From NCBI RefSeq assembly GCF_028368995.1, contig NZ_JAQNDL010000004.1, positions 192,001 to 256,000 on the forward strand: DNA of 64,000 nt, in the 5' to 3' direction. The DNA comes from Nannocystis bainbridge. Its GTDB lineage: Bacteria; Myxococcota_A; Polyangia; Nannocystales; Nannocystaceae. The position numbers and the translations under genes are program-made. Each line of letters begins with the position of its first letter. The stretch's first letter is position 1. The notes beneath the pieces were generated by a model, which worked only from the letters and a program-made list of their open reading frames with translations, was not told the DNA's origin and did not search any database. Of the stretch, positions 54,920 to 64,000 are shown one piece after another.

Positions 54920-57900
54920 TCAGGAGACGGCCTTGCGGAGGGCCAGGTAGGCGTCGCTCAGCATCCACACGCACAGGTCCTGGGCGTTGCGGCTGAGGAC
55001 GATGCGCTGCTTGATGTTGCCGTTGGCGAAGCCGTCGAGCAGGCAGGCGGCCGACAGGACGCCGGCGACGTCGCCGGACAGCAGCAGGGCCATGCGCAGG
55101 TCGGTGGTGAGGGTCGCGCGGGCGGTCGCGGCGGGCTCGAAGTGGTGGCTCGAGAGGGCCTGGCAGACGCGCAGGAGCGGGCGACGCTGGCGGCGGGGCA
55201 GGTTCTTGCCGAGGTTGTTGGCGACGTCGCGGAGGCGGCGGGCGTCGGGGTCGGCGGTGATGGCGTTGAAGACCTTCGTGACCTCGAAGCTGGCGGCGAT
55301 CATCAGGTCGAGCTCGACCGGGACCAGCGAGCGCACGCGGCCGCCGCCGAGGGCCCGGCGGGCCAGGGCGAGGGCTCCGAGGCCGCGCCAGCTGATCGGG
55401 TCGCCGCGCAGCCACAGGTTGACGCCGAGGCGGAAGGTCGGCTCCTCGCCCTCGTCGAGCACGGCGACGGTGTTGTTGATCGAGGTGGCGCGCATGGCCA
55501 TGTCCTCGATGCCGAGCAGGCGACACCACTGCTGCAGGTTGTTGCGGATGGCGCCGGTGTCGACGTTGGGCGGGACCGGCACGGTCTCGTCGCCGTTGAG
55601 GCCGGTGAACTCGGGGAACATCCGGTCCATCGCCGTCTCGACGCAGGTCAGCAGGTCGTTGATGTCGGGCAGCTCGCCCGGGGCGAACAGCAGCTGGCGC
55701 AGGGCCGGGGTGGCGAAGGCGGCCTGCAGGCCCTGGGCCGAGGCCGGGCGCATGAAGCCGTCGGGCAGGCCGATCGACTCGCCGGGCTCGAGCGCGTGGA
55801 CGAGCAGCCGCGCCATCTGGGCCAGGCCGGGGTTGGGCCGGTTGGCGACCTCGGCGAGCAGGCGGATGTCGCTCGGGTTGAGGGCGCCGCGGCCGATGCC
55901 GCCGAGCATGGCGAGCCGGATCGGCTCGAGGAAGGTGCTGACGCGCTCGGTCTGGCCGAGCCGCTCGAGCAGGCGAGTGAGCAGGAGGATGGTGGTGCGG
56001 TTGCCAGGCCCGAGCTCGGCGGCCCGCTCGACGGCGGCGAGCGCCTGGGCCTCGCGACCTGGCACTTCGGCCAGCAGGCTGGCGCGCCGGAAGTAGAGCT
56101 CGTGCAGGCGATCGGGGTCGCGCTCGCGGGCGCACAGGCGATCGAGCAGCTCGGCGGCCTCGGCGGGCTGACCTGTCCGTTCGAGCAGGCCGGCCATGAG
56201 GGTGATGGCCCGCGGGTCGTCGCCGCGCGAGGCGAGGACGATGCGGCCGTGCTCGAGCGCGCGAGCGAGGGTCTCGGGGGCGCGCGCGAGGTAGCCGGCG
56301 AGGATCAGGCGCAGGTCGACGGCGGACGGATCGGCGGGGTCGTAGAGCGCGAGCAGCTGCTCCATGACGCGGGCCGACTCGGCCTCCTTGCCGAGCTGCT
56401 GGTAGCAGCGCACGAGGCCGCGGAGGGCCTGCTTGCCGTCGGGCCGGGCCTGGGCCGCGACGGTGAAGTAGGCGAGCGCGTCCTCGTCGCGGGGGCTCTG
56501 CTCGCCGAGGTAGACGCCGAGCTCGTAGCGCAGGCCGGCGTCGCTGATCCGGCCGAACACGGTGCGCAGCAGGTCGAGCGCGGGCTTGGGCTCGGGCAGC
56601 TGGCTGGCGAGGGCGCGGGCGAGGCCGATGGCGTCGCGGTAGTGAGGATCGCGGCCGAGGATCTGGCCGAGCAGGCCGAGCGCGACCTCGGCGTCGGCGG
56701 GCTTGCCGGTGTTGCCGGCCCGCACGGCGGCGTCACGCGCCTCGGCCATGAGGGTGTGCACGCTGACGGCCTTGGTCTTGGGCGCGGCCGACTCGCGGGC
56801 GGCGCCGGAGGAGACGCGCTGGAGGCCGAGCTCGGCCGGGGCGAGCGAGGGCATGGCCCGCAGGGCGGCGCGATAGGCCCGCTGGGCCTCGTTGACGGCG
56901 CCGGCCTGTTCGAGCAGCTCGGCGCTCTCGAGGTAGAAGATGGCCCGCTCGCCGTCGCTCTGGGCCCGCACGGCCCGCGCGCCGACGGCGTCGGTCATGG
57001 CCAGCGGGTTGTTGGGATCGGACAGCAAGCCCTCGAGCAGGCGCACGGCGTAGGGGTTGCCGGGATCCTCGCGCAAGGCGCCGAGGATGGCGTTGGCGGC
57101 GAACTCGCGATCTTCGGGGGCGGCGGAGCGCAGCAGGACCTCGGCCGACTCGACCAGCAAGGTGGCCTTGTAGTGGGTGTCCTCGCTGACGCGCGCGAGC
57201 CGGAGCCGCTGGTTGGGCAACGACTCGGTGTCGCCGACCTTGCGCAGCAGGTTCTTGTACTCGCGCAGCAGGATGGCGTCGTCGGGGGTGTGCTCGATCG
57301 CCTCTTCGTAGTTGCGCCGGGCCTCGTCGAGGTTGCGCTCGGCGAGGTGCAGGCGGGCGAGGTGGACGAGCACGCCGGCGCGCGCCGGGCCGGTCAGGTG
57401 CTGGCTCTGATCCTCGAGCAGGCGCACGAGGTTGGGGACGTCGCGGTTGGCGACCAGCAGCCGACGCGCGCGCTCGCTGGCGAGGCCGTGCTGCGGCTGC
57501 ACGGCGAGCGCGGCCCGGTAGTGCTGCAGGGCCCGATCCTCGTCGACGAAGGCGGTCTCGGACTCGGGCTCGTCCTTGCGCGCGAGGGTCTCGGCGAGCA
57601 GGCCGAGGCGGTAGTGGTAGTCGGCCAGCAGCGCGGGGCTGTGCGGCAGGTCCTGGGCGCGCAGGAGGTCGTAGGCGTCGCGGACGCGGCCGTTGGCCGA
57701 GAGCAGCTGCAGCAGGGCCTCGCGCGCGGGCACGAGGTCGGGGTTCAGGCGGTAGGCGCGGCCGAGGTAGTCGATCGCGCGGTCCATGTCGCCGACCTCC
57801 TCGAAGCAGATCCGGCCGGCCTTGAGCGCGAGCACGGCGGGGTCGCTGGTGGGGTCGACCTCGGGCTCGTGCAGGCGCAAGAGGTCGTCGAGGTCGCCGC

Positions 57901-59920
57901 TGTCGCGGTAGATGCGGGCGAGGGCCCGCAGCGCGGGGGTGTAGCCGGGCGACAGCGACAGCGCCCGCTCGTAGGCCTCGCGGGCCGCGGCGCGCTGCTT
58001 GAGGTGGAACTCCTGGGCCTCGCCGAGCTCGACGAGGATCGCCGTGCGGGCGGTGTTCTCCTCGAGGCGATCGACGAGCAGCTGCAGGGTGCCGATCAGC
58101 ACCGGGGTGCGGCCGTGGGTGCGGCACAGGCCGGCGAGCTGGTAGAGCGCGAGCACGTCGTCCTGATCGAGCTGGGCGATCTCCTGCAGGGTGGCGATCG
58201 CGAGGTCGACGTCGTGGAGCTCGTTCTCGGCGATGGCGGCGATCCGGCGCAGCGCGGCCAGCCGCTCGCTGCCCTCGGACGACTCTCGCGCCTGCCGCTG
58301 CAAGGTGGCCGCGGCCTGGGCCCAGCGCCGCATCTTCTCGTAGACGCTGCCGAGCGCGCGCAGGCAGTGGGCGCTGCGCGGGTCCTCGGCGACGGCGAGC
58401 TCGTAGACCTCGGCGGCGCGCGGGAGGTTGCGCTCGAGCTCCTCGTGGACGAAGCCGAGGCGCACGAGGATGGCGGCCCGCTCGGCGCCGTGCGGCTGGT
58501 GCTGGGCCCACTCGGTGAGGTGCGAGACGAGGCCGGCGATGTCGCCGGTGGCCCGCAAGATGTCGGCCAGCGCCTGCCACACCCAGCGCTGCTCGGGCAG
58601 GTGAGTGCGCACGAACCGGAGGTCGACCTCGAGCAGGCGATAGGCGGCGGCCTCGTCGTCGGTCAGCGGGTCGGGCTGCAGGATGTCGTCGTCGCCGGTG
58701 TCCTGCAGGCGCCGCAGGGTGCCGTCGTCGCTCATGGCGCTCTGACGGGCGGCCAGCGGGGTGGCGAGCCAGCGCATGCGGGCGATCTGCTCGCGCACGA
58801 TCGCCTGCTCGCGGGTGTCGTCGAGCAGCGGCGCGAGGCGGGCCAGGATCTCGAGGTAGTTGGGGTCGGGCTCGTGGCCGGGGTGACGCGCGAGGGCCTG
58901 GCCGGCGAGGGCGTAGGCGAGGGCGTCGAGCAGGCCCTGGGCGGCCGACTCGTCGGTGCTGCGGTCGAGCCAGGCGCGCACGTCGGCGAGCAGCGGCGCG
59001 GGCACGGGCTCGCTGCCGAGGACGACGACAGCGAGCTGCAGGGCGGTGGCGGCGGTGATCGGATCTTCGGCGAGGCCGGCGAGCCGGCGGTACAGCTCGG
59101 ACAGCGCGGTGGGGGTGCCGCCGCCGTCGTGGCGGATGGTGCGGATCAGCCGGCGCAGGGCGGTGGCGTTGTTCGGGTCGTCGGTGTGCGCGAGCTCGAG
59201 GTAGCTCCGGCGCTGGCGCGGATCGTCGGTGACGTGGGCGAGGTCGAGGCGCCGCGCGGAGCGCAGGCTGGCCATGTCGATCTTGCGGACGTTGGTCGAG
59301 AGCAGCCGCTGGGCGTCGGCGTGGCGCTTGAGCAGGATGGCGGCGTCGACGGCGAGGGCGACGGCGATCGGGTGATCGGGGACGGCGAGCAGCGCGGCCT
59401 GGTAGCTGGCGTAGGCGCGGCCGACGTCGCCGGTCGCGTCCTCGATGCGCTGGCCGTGCTCGATCCACGCGGCGGCGCGCATGGGCGCCGGATGACTGTC
59501 GTCGCTGGCCTCCTGGAACAGCTCGGTGAGCTCGGTCGCGAGGTCGGCGCGCACGGTGACGACGGCGGCGGCGGCCTGGCGCACCGCGGGGCTGCCGTTG
59601 GTCAGCGCCTCGTCGCCCTCGACCAGGCCGAGGCGCTCGCGCTGGACTCGACCTGTCTCTCCGGTCAGGGCGGCGCGCAGGTCGGGGCTCTGCTCGCGCG
59701 CGGCCTCGGCGGCCAGCACGTCGGCGAGCAGCCACCAGTCGACGGCGGGCAAGGCGAGGGCGCCGGGGGCCAGCGGGAGGTCGAGCGGCCAAAAGGCGTC
59801 GGGCAGGTCGAGCAGCGAGGGCGGCGGGCCGCTGCCGGTGACGCGCTCGGCCGGGGCGGCGCCCAGGTCGAGCGGGCGACCGCACTCGTCGAGAGGGAGA
59901 GGCTTGCGCGGGCCGGTCAT
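54920..59920 (-). CDS. very large TPR-repeat protein (about 1666 aa)
   Basis: The start is the internal ATG (MTGPRKPLPLDECGRPLD) of the 2997-aa ORF. The whole length consists of TPR-like helical hairpins (...ALRALARIYRDSGDLDDLLRL..., ...YHYRLGLLAE...). The start overlaps the stop of the upstream gene as ATGA. Confidence 0.75.
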   Translation of the reverse strand: MTGPRKPLPLDECGRPLDLGAAPAERVTGSGPPPSLLDLPDAFWPLDLPLAPGALALPAVDWWLLADVLAAEAAREQSPDLRAALTGETGRVQRERLGLVEGDEALTNGSPAVRQAAAAVVTVRADLATELTELFQEASDDSHPAPMRAAAWIEHGQRIEDATGDVGRAYASYQAALLAVPDHPIAVALAVDAAILLKRHADAQRLLSTNVRKIDMASLRSARRLDLAHVTDDPRQRRSYLELAHTDDPNNATALRRLIRTIRHDGGGTPTALSELYRRLAGLAEDPITAATALQLAVVVLGSEPVPAPLLADVRAWLDRSTDESAAQGLLDALAYALAGQALARHPGHEPDPNYLEILARLAPLLDDTREQAIVREQIARMRWLATPLAARQSAMSDDGTLRRLQDTGDDDILQPDPLTDDEAAAYRLLEVDLRFVRTHLPEQRWVWQALADILRATGDIAGLVSHLTEWAQHQPHGAERAAILVRLGFVHEELERNLPRAAEVYELAVAEDPRSAHCLRALGSVYEKMRRWAQAAATLQRQARESSEGSERLAALRRIAAIAENELHDVDLAIATLQEIAQLDQDDVLALYQLAGLCRTHGRTPVLIGTLQLLVDRLEENTARTAILVELGEAQEFHLKQRAAAREAYERALSLSPGYTPALRALARIYRDSGDLDDLLRLHEPEVDPTSDPAVLALKAGRICFEEVGDMDRAIDYLGRAYRLNPDLVPAREALLQLLSANGRVRDAYDLLRAQDLPHSPALLADYHYRLGLLAETLARKDEPESETAFVDEDRALQHYRAALAVQPQHGLASERARRLLVANRDVPNLVRLLEDQSQHLTGPARAGVLVHLARLHLAERNLDEARRNYEEAIEHTPDDAILLREYKNLLRKVGDTESLPNQRLRLARVSEDTHYKATLLVESAEVLLRSAAPEDREFAANAILGALREDPGNPYAVRLLEGLLSDPNNPLAMTDAVGARAVRAQSDGERAIFYLESAELLEQAGAVNEAQRAYRAALRAMPSLAPAELGLQRVSSGAARESAAPKTKAVSVHTLMAEARDAAVRAGNTGKPADAEVALGLLGQILGRDPHYRDAIGLARALASQLPEPKPALDLLRTVFGRISDAGLRYELGVYLGEQSPRDEDALAYFTVAAQARPDGKQALRGLVRCYQQLGKEAESARVMEQLLALYDPADPSAVDLRLILAGYLARAPETLARALEHGRIVLASRGDDPRAITLMAGLLERTGQPAEAAELLDRLCARERDPDRLHELYFRRASLLAEVPGREAQALAAVERAAELGPGNRTTILLLTRLLERLGQTERVSTFLEPIRLAMLGGIGRGALNPSDIRLLAEVANRPNPGLAQMARLLVHALEPGESIGLPDGFMRPASAQGLQAAFATPALRQLLFAPGELPDINDLLTCVETAMDRMFPEFTGLNGDETVPVPPNVDTGAIRNNLQQWCRLLGIEDMAMRATSINNTVAVLDEGEEPTFRLGVNLWLRGDPISWRGLGALALARRALGGGRVRSLVPVELDLMIAASFEVTKVFNAITADPDARRLRDVANNLGKNLPRRQRRPLLRVCQALSSHHFEPAATARATLTTDLRMALLLSGDVAGVLSAACLLDGFANGNIKQRIVLSRNAQDLCVWMLSDAYLALRKAVS

Positions 59921-62900
59921 GCGGGGAGCTCCTCGACGTCGCTCAGCTCGAGCTCGAGCTCGACATTGTAGCCGAGGGCGCGGCGCAGCGCGAGGTGCTC
60001 CTCGGACACGAGGTAGGCGACCAGGGCGGCGGGCCGCGAGGCGGCGAGGGTCGGCGCGGGCGCGGCGTCGCCGGGCGGCCGCGTGGTGAGGCGGCGCAGC
60101 GGCACCCGCGGATCGCCGCAAGCGATCGCGCCGGCCCGATCTTCGCCCTGACGCAAGGTGTCCCGAAGGACAGGATGCGAGAACTGCTGGAGGTTGCGCG
60201 CCAGGATCTCGGCGTCGTCGCCGAAATCGACCGCCACGCCGGCGCCGGCGAGGCCTTCGATGATCGCGTCGGAGACGCTCTCGTCGCGCGGGTGGATGTC
60301 GTCGAGCTCGACGCCGGCGCAGCTGGCAAGGCCGTGGAGGACGGCCATGATGCCGATGTCGTCCATGACGTGGTGGAGGTGGTCGCCGCCGGTCGACAGG
60401 CGGAACAGCGCCCGACCGATCGCCTCGCGCGAGGCGGGCGAGAACGGGGCGCCGTTGATCCTGCGGCCGATCAGCAGCACGGGGGCGGTGCCGACGTGGG
60501 CGACCACGCCGTCGTCGCCGGTCGGGTTGAGGAACAGCAGCGGCTCGCCGACGCCGAGAGTGCGAGCGAGGGCGCGGGTGACGACGGCGACCGAGCTGGC
60601 GGCCGGCAAGCTGTGACGCTGGGCCAGGTTGACCGGCGGCGGCGGGGCGCCGGGGATGCCGGACATGTACTTGACGCCGGCTTGCAGCAGGTGCACGGCG
60701 GCGGCGGCGGCCGGATCGTCGACGGTGAAGAACGGCTGCGGCTTGTCGGGCGCGGTCGGCAGCGGCCACGGGGCGGGCTGCAGGACCTCGCAGCGGCGGG
60801 TCGCGGGCACGAGGTCGGGGTCGACGGTCTCGAGCACGGCGGCGCACACGTAGACGCCGCCCGACTCCTCGGCGGCGTCGAACAGGCGCAGGAGGCCGGC
60901 GATCGGGCCTTCGCCCTCGCCGTCGAATTCGGGGCGGCCGGGCTTGTGCGGGCGCCCGTGGCCGCGGTCGCGCAGGAGGGCCCGCTGGGCGGCGATGCCG
61001 GCCTGGAGGGCGACGCGGGCCTCGTCGCCGCGCCCCAGCTCGATGAGCAGGGCGTGCAGCTCGAGGATGACCTCGGTGTTGGCGGGGCGCAGGCGCAGCA
61101 GCTCGCGCAGGAGCGCGGCGGCCTCCTCGGGCCGACCGCGGACGCGGCGATCGATGTCGGCGAGGGCCCGCAAGCTGCGGACGCGCTCGTCGGCGTCGCC
61201 GAGCTCGAGCAGGCGCTGCAACACTTCGACGCGCTGATCGACGGTGCCGATCGCGGAGGCGATCCGGTCGGCGGCCCGCAAGGCGACGAAGGCCTGGAAG
61301 CCGCCGCGGCTGGCGGCGAGGTAGTGCTCGAAGGCGGCGTCGGGGGCCCCGTTGCGCTCGTGGGCGTCGGCCAGCAAGAACTCGAGCACGGCCCGCAGCT
61401 CGGGCGAGGCCTCGCGCTTCAGGGCCTCTTGCAGCTGGCCGACGGCGTCGCTGCCCCGACCGGCGCGGGCGTAGAGGCGGGCGAGGTCGACGCGCAGGGC
61501 GACGTGATCCTGGAACGAGGCGACGGCGCGCTCGAGCAGGCCGGCGGCGGCGAGGTTGCCGTCGCTGATCTCGACGACGCGGGCGAGCGCGCGGGCGGCC
61601 TCGGGGGTGAGCGTGCGAGCGGCGGCGAGGGCGTCGAAGCGGCGGGTGAGCGGGCCGACCAGCGGCACGGCGCCTTCGCGGCCGTGCTGCTCGCGGGTCC
61701 GCCACAGCGCCGAGAAGGCCGGATCGGAGGCGGGCTCGATGTCGAGGGCGCGGGCCAGGGCGCGCCAGGCCCGGGCCGGATCGCGGGCCCGCACGGCGAG
61801 CAGGCCGGCGCGCACGCACAGCGCGTGCTGGTGGGCCGGGTCGCCGACGAGCAGGGCGATCTGGGCCAGCAGGTCGGCGGCGACCACGAGGTCGGCCGGG
61901 CTGCCGCGCTGCTCCATCAGGCAGGCCTTGGCGTGCAGGGCAGGCAGGTACTTGGGCCAGGTGACGAGGGCGGCGTTGAGGCGCGACAGGGCCTCGTCGA
62001 GGTCGCCGGCGCGGACGTAGAGGTCGGCGCTGCCGCACAGCAAAGCGGCCCGCTCGACGTAGTCCTTTTCGCCGGCGGCGGCGGTGTTGAGCTCGGCGGC
62101 GGCGCGGCGGGTGGGCACGAGGTTGCGGCGCATGCCGATGCGCGCCTGGGCCCGACGGGCCGGCTCGTAGCGCGCGTCCATGGCCAGCAGCTCGGCGTAG
62201 CCGGCGTCGGCGGCGTCGAGGTCGCCGGCCGACTCGGCGGCGCGGGCGGCCCGGTAGCGCAGGCTGTGGGTGAACGGGTGGTCGGCCGACTCCTCGGCGG
62301 TGATCGACAGCGCGGCGGCGGCCCCGGAGCGCACGAGGTCGGGGCGGCGGCTGAAGCGGGCGGCGCGGGCCAGGCGGAGCTGGGTGTTGAGGTCGCGCGG
62401 GCGGGCCTCGGCGGCGGCCTCGAGGTACTGCACGCCGAGCGCGGGCGAGTCGGACATCTCGGCCAGCAGCAGCGCGGCGGCCTGGCGGTTGCCGATGCCG
62501 CGCTCGTGGGCCAGCGCGCCGCGGGCGGCCGACAGCAGCTCGCCGGCGCTGCCGTTGGCGGCGCAGTGCTCGAGCAGGGTGGTCCAGCCGCCGCCGAGGC
62601 TCGGCCACTGCGCGAGGGCCCGCCGCAGCTCGCCGGTGGCCTGCTCGGCCTGGCCGGGGTCGGCCCAGATGCCGGCGGGATCGGAGGCCCGCACCAGCGC
62701 GGCGCGGTAGATCAGCAGGGCGCGAGCCCGCTGGCCGCGCGACAGATCGAAGTGGCGCCCGAGGTAGCCGAGCAGCGCGTCGGTGCGGCCGAGCGCGGCG
62801 GCCAGGCGCTCGCCGGTGTGCAGCAGCGAGAGGTGTTCGGGCCAGGTCTGAAGGACCAGGTCGACCTCGTCGAGCGCCTGCGGCAGCTCGCCGAGCGCGA

Positions 62901-64000
62901 GCAGACGGTGGAGGATCTCGAGGTGCAGCGACAGCCGCTGCGCCGGGTCGACGGCGCGCTGCAGGCGGCGGCGCAGCAGGTCGATGATGCCGACGTCGTC
63001 GCCGCGGTCGCGGAGGATCCGCTCGAGCAGCGCGAGCGTCGGCGGGTGGTCGGGGACCTCCTCGAGCGACTCCTGCAGGCTGGCTTCGGCGTGGCCCGTG
63101 TCGCCCATCTGCAGCGCCAGCTCGGCGCTGCGGAACAGCAGCTTGGCGCGCCGCAGCGGGCTGATCGTCAGCTTGATCTCCTGCTCGGTGACCTGCAGCA
63201 GCTCGCGCGCGCGGCCGGCCCGGGCCAGCAGGCGGGCCAGCTGCTGCAGCGACGGCAGGTGCTCCGGGAACTCCTTGAGCAGGGCGACGAGGCACTTGAT
63301 CGCGGCCGACGGATCGCCCTGGCGCTCGTGCAGGCGGGCCAGGATCGACAGCAGGAACACGCGCCGCGGGCCGCCGACGCCGCGCTGCAGCTCGCCGCTG
63401 TAGAGCTCGCGCAGGCCGTCGAAGCGGCCGAGTTGCAGCAGGACTCGCTCGAGCCGATCGAGCGCGGGGCGGTAGGTCTGCGACGAGGCGACGGCCTCTT
63501 CGTAGAGCTGGCGGGCGCCCTCGAGCTCCTTGAGGTTCTCCTCGAGCACCTGGCCGGCGCGCAGCTGGGCCTGGGCCCGCTCCTCGGGGCTGAGGCCGGC
63601 GGCCTCGGCGGTCGCGACCTGGAGCTTGAGCAGCTCGAGCAGCTGGTGCCAGGACTCGTTGGCGATCAGGTAGCGGCCGGCGTCCTCGAGCGCGGGCGTG
63701 TGGCCGGGGAACAGCTTGAGCGCGCGACGCATGGCGCCGAGGCCCTCGCTGACGCGGTCGAGGCGGATCATCGCCAGCTTGCCGAGGCGGTAGAACAGCT
63801 CGGCCTCGGTGCCGGGGTCGGAGCCGCCGATGGCCTTGAGCTGGCCGGCGCACGCCTCGACGGCGACGTCGTAGCGCGCGGTCGCCATCGCCAGCTCCTC
63901 GAGGTTGCGCCACAGGCTGAAGTTGTCGGGCTGCAGCTTGGCGGCGGCGTGCAGCAGCGAGACGGCGGCGGCGCGCTCGCGGACCTCTCGCAGGACCAGG
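59917..64000 (-). CDS. very large TPR-repeat protein, 3-prime part (continues beyond the right edge of the window)
   Basis: ORF 59917..63888 translates as TPR-like throughout. The frame remains open and TPR-like (LHAAAKLQPDNFSLWRNLEELAMATARYD) up to position 64000, so the true start lies outside the window. Confidence 0.7.
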   Translation of the reverse strand, partial: LVLREVRERAAAVSLLHAAAKLQPDNFSLWRNLEELAMATARYDVAVEACAGQLKAIGGSDPGTEAELFYRLGKLAMIRLDRVSEGLGAMRRALKLFPGHTPALEDAGRYLIANESWHQLLELLKLQVATAEAAGLSPEERAQAQLRAGQVLEENLKELEGARQLYEEAVASSQTYRPALDRLERVLLQLGRFDGLRELYSGELQRGVGGPRRVFLLSILARLHERQGDPSAAIKCLVALLKEFPEHLPSLQQLARLLARAGRARELLQVTEQEIKLTISPLRRAKLLFRSAELALQMGDTGHAEASLQESLEEVPDHPPTLALLERILRDRGDDVGIIDLLRRRLQRAVDPAQRLSLHLEILHRLLALGELPQALDEVDLVLQTWPEHLSLLHTGERLAAALGRTDALLGYLGRHFDLSRGQRARALLIYRAALVRASDPAGIWADPGQAEQATGELRRALAQWPSLGGGWTTLLEHCAANGSAGELLSAARGALAHERGIGNRQAAALLLAEMSDSPALGVQYLEAAAEARPRDLNTQLRLARAARFSRRPDLVRSGAAAALSITAEESADHPFTHSLRYRAARAAESAGDLDAADAGYAELLAMDARYEPARRAQARIGMRRNLVPTRRAAAELNTAAAGEKDYVERAALLCGSADLYVRAGDLDEALSRLNAALVTWPKYLPALHAKACLMEQRGSPADLVVAADLLAQIALLVGDPAHQHALCVRAGLLAVRARDPARAWRALARALDIEPASDPAFSALWRTREQHGREGAVPLVGPLTRRFDALAAARTLTPEAARALARVVEISDGNLAAAGLLERAVASFQDHVALRVDLARLYARAGRGSDAVGQLQEALKREASPELRAVLEFLLADAHERNGAPDAAFEHYLAASRGGFQAFVALRAADRIASAIGTVDQRVEVLQRLLELGDADERVRSLRALADIDRRVRGRPEEAAALLRELLRLRPANTEVILELHALLIELGRGDEARVALQAGIAAQRALLRDRGHGRPHKPGRPEFDGEGEGPIAGLLRLFDAAEESGGVYVCAAVLETVDPDLVPATRRCEVLQPAPWPLPTAPDKPQPFFTVDDPAAAAAVHLLQAGVKYMSGIPGAPPPPVNLAQRHSLPAASSVAVVTRALARTLGVGEPLLFLNPTGDDGVVAHVGTAPVLLIGRRINGAPFSPASREAIGRALFRLSTGGDHLHHVMDDIGIMAVLHGLASCAGVELDDIHPRDESVSDAIIEGLAGAGVAVDFGDDAEILARNLQQFSHPVLRDTLRQGEDRAGAIACGDPRVPLRRLTTRPPGDAAPAPTLAASRPAALVAYLVSEEHLALRRALGYNVELELELSDVEELPA

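Noticed and set aside
54866-59971. A 1701-aa plus-strand ORF and many other long ORFs (for example 1339..2772 +, 3274..4677 +, 16030..18078 +, 19565..21613 +, 30953..34273 +, 35654..37081 -)
   Set aside because: They are Arg/Ala/Gly/Pro/Val/Glu-rich with no recognisable motifs. Each lies antisense or out of frame to a gene with clear domain content. These are typical artefacts of about 70% GC DNA.

Overview
By eye this window is about 70% GC. It is gene-dense bacterial chromosome, almost certainly from a Myxococcota genome. The taxonomic call rests on two large lipoproteins built from Myxococcus-type cysteine-rich repeats (CxxCGDG...ECDDGN), one ending in a DUF1554-like domain, and on many lipoproteins with Thr/Asp/Pro-rich linkers. 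Because of the high GC, most listed ORFs are antisense or out-of-frame artefacts, typically Arg/Pro/Ala-rich. The ORF track also extends real genes upstream to the first ATG or GTG, which produces spurious N-terminal tails. About 45 genes can be supported. The supported genes fall into these groups:
- A four-gene operon of a CHASE3-GAF hybrid histidine kinase with three receiver domains, CheR, a receiver-less CheB and a REC-HK-REC hybrid kinase, with no MCP, CheA or CheW in the window.
- A second orphan CheB plus a CheB-CheR-PAS fusion next to a NarL-type response regulator.
- An ECF sigma/anti-sigma pair.
- SARP, AraC and LysR regulators.
- Duplicated stress genes: two CsbD copies, a KGG-repeat protein and two copies of a small conserved protein.
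- A cytochrome P450, an erythromycin-esterase-like lipoprotein, maleylacetoacetate isomerase, an alcohol dehydrogenase, an SDR, a class-3 lipase and an alpha/beta hydrolase.
- A YqcI/YcgG-DUF1989 fusion.
- Two translationally coupled giant TPR proteins at the right edge.
No rRNA, tRNA, CRISPR array, transposase or integrase was recognised. The most unusual signal is a dispersed family of tandem arrays of a 14-bp periodic palindromic unit, consensus GGRCATGYCC plus 4 variable nt, with 2 to 6 units per array at eight separate intergenic loci. The arrays sit mostly at 3-prime gene ends and would fold into 10-bp-stem hairpins. Other structure not explained by genes:
- A 51-bp tandem repeat of six copies.
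- A 1.1-kb repeat-rich non-coding island holding an inverted-repeat, MITE-like element with a third copy 4 kb away.
- Gene remnants flanking inserted lipoprotein genes.
- An SMI1/KNR4 (SUKH) gene interrupted by an in-frame TGA.
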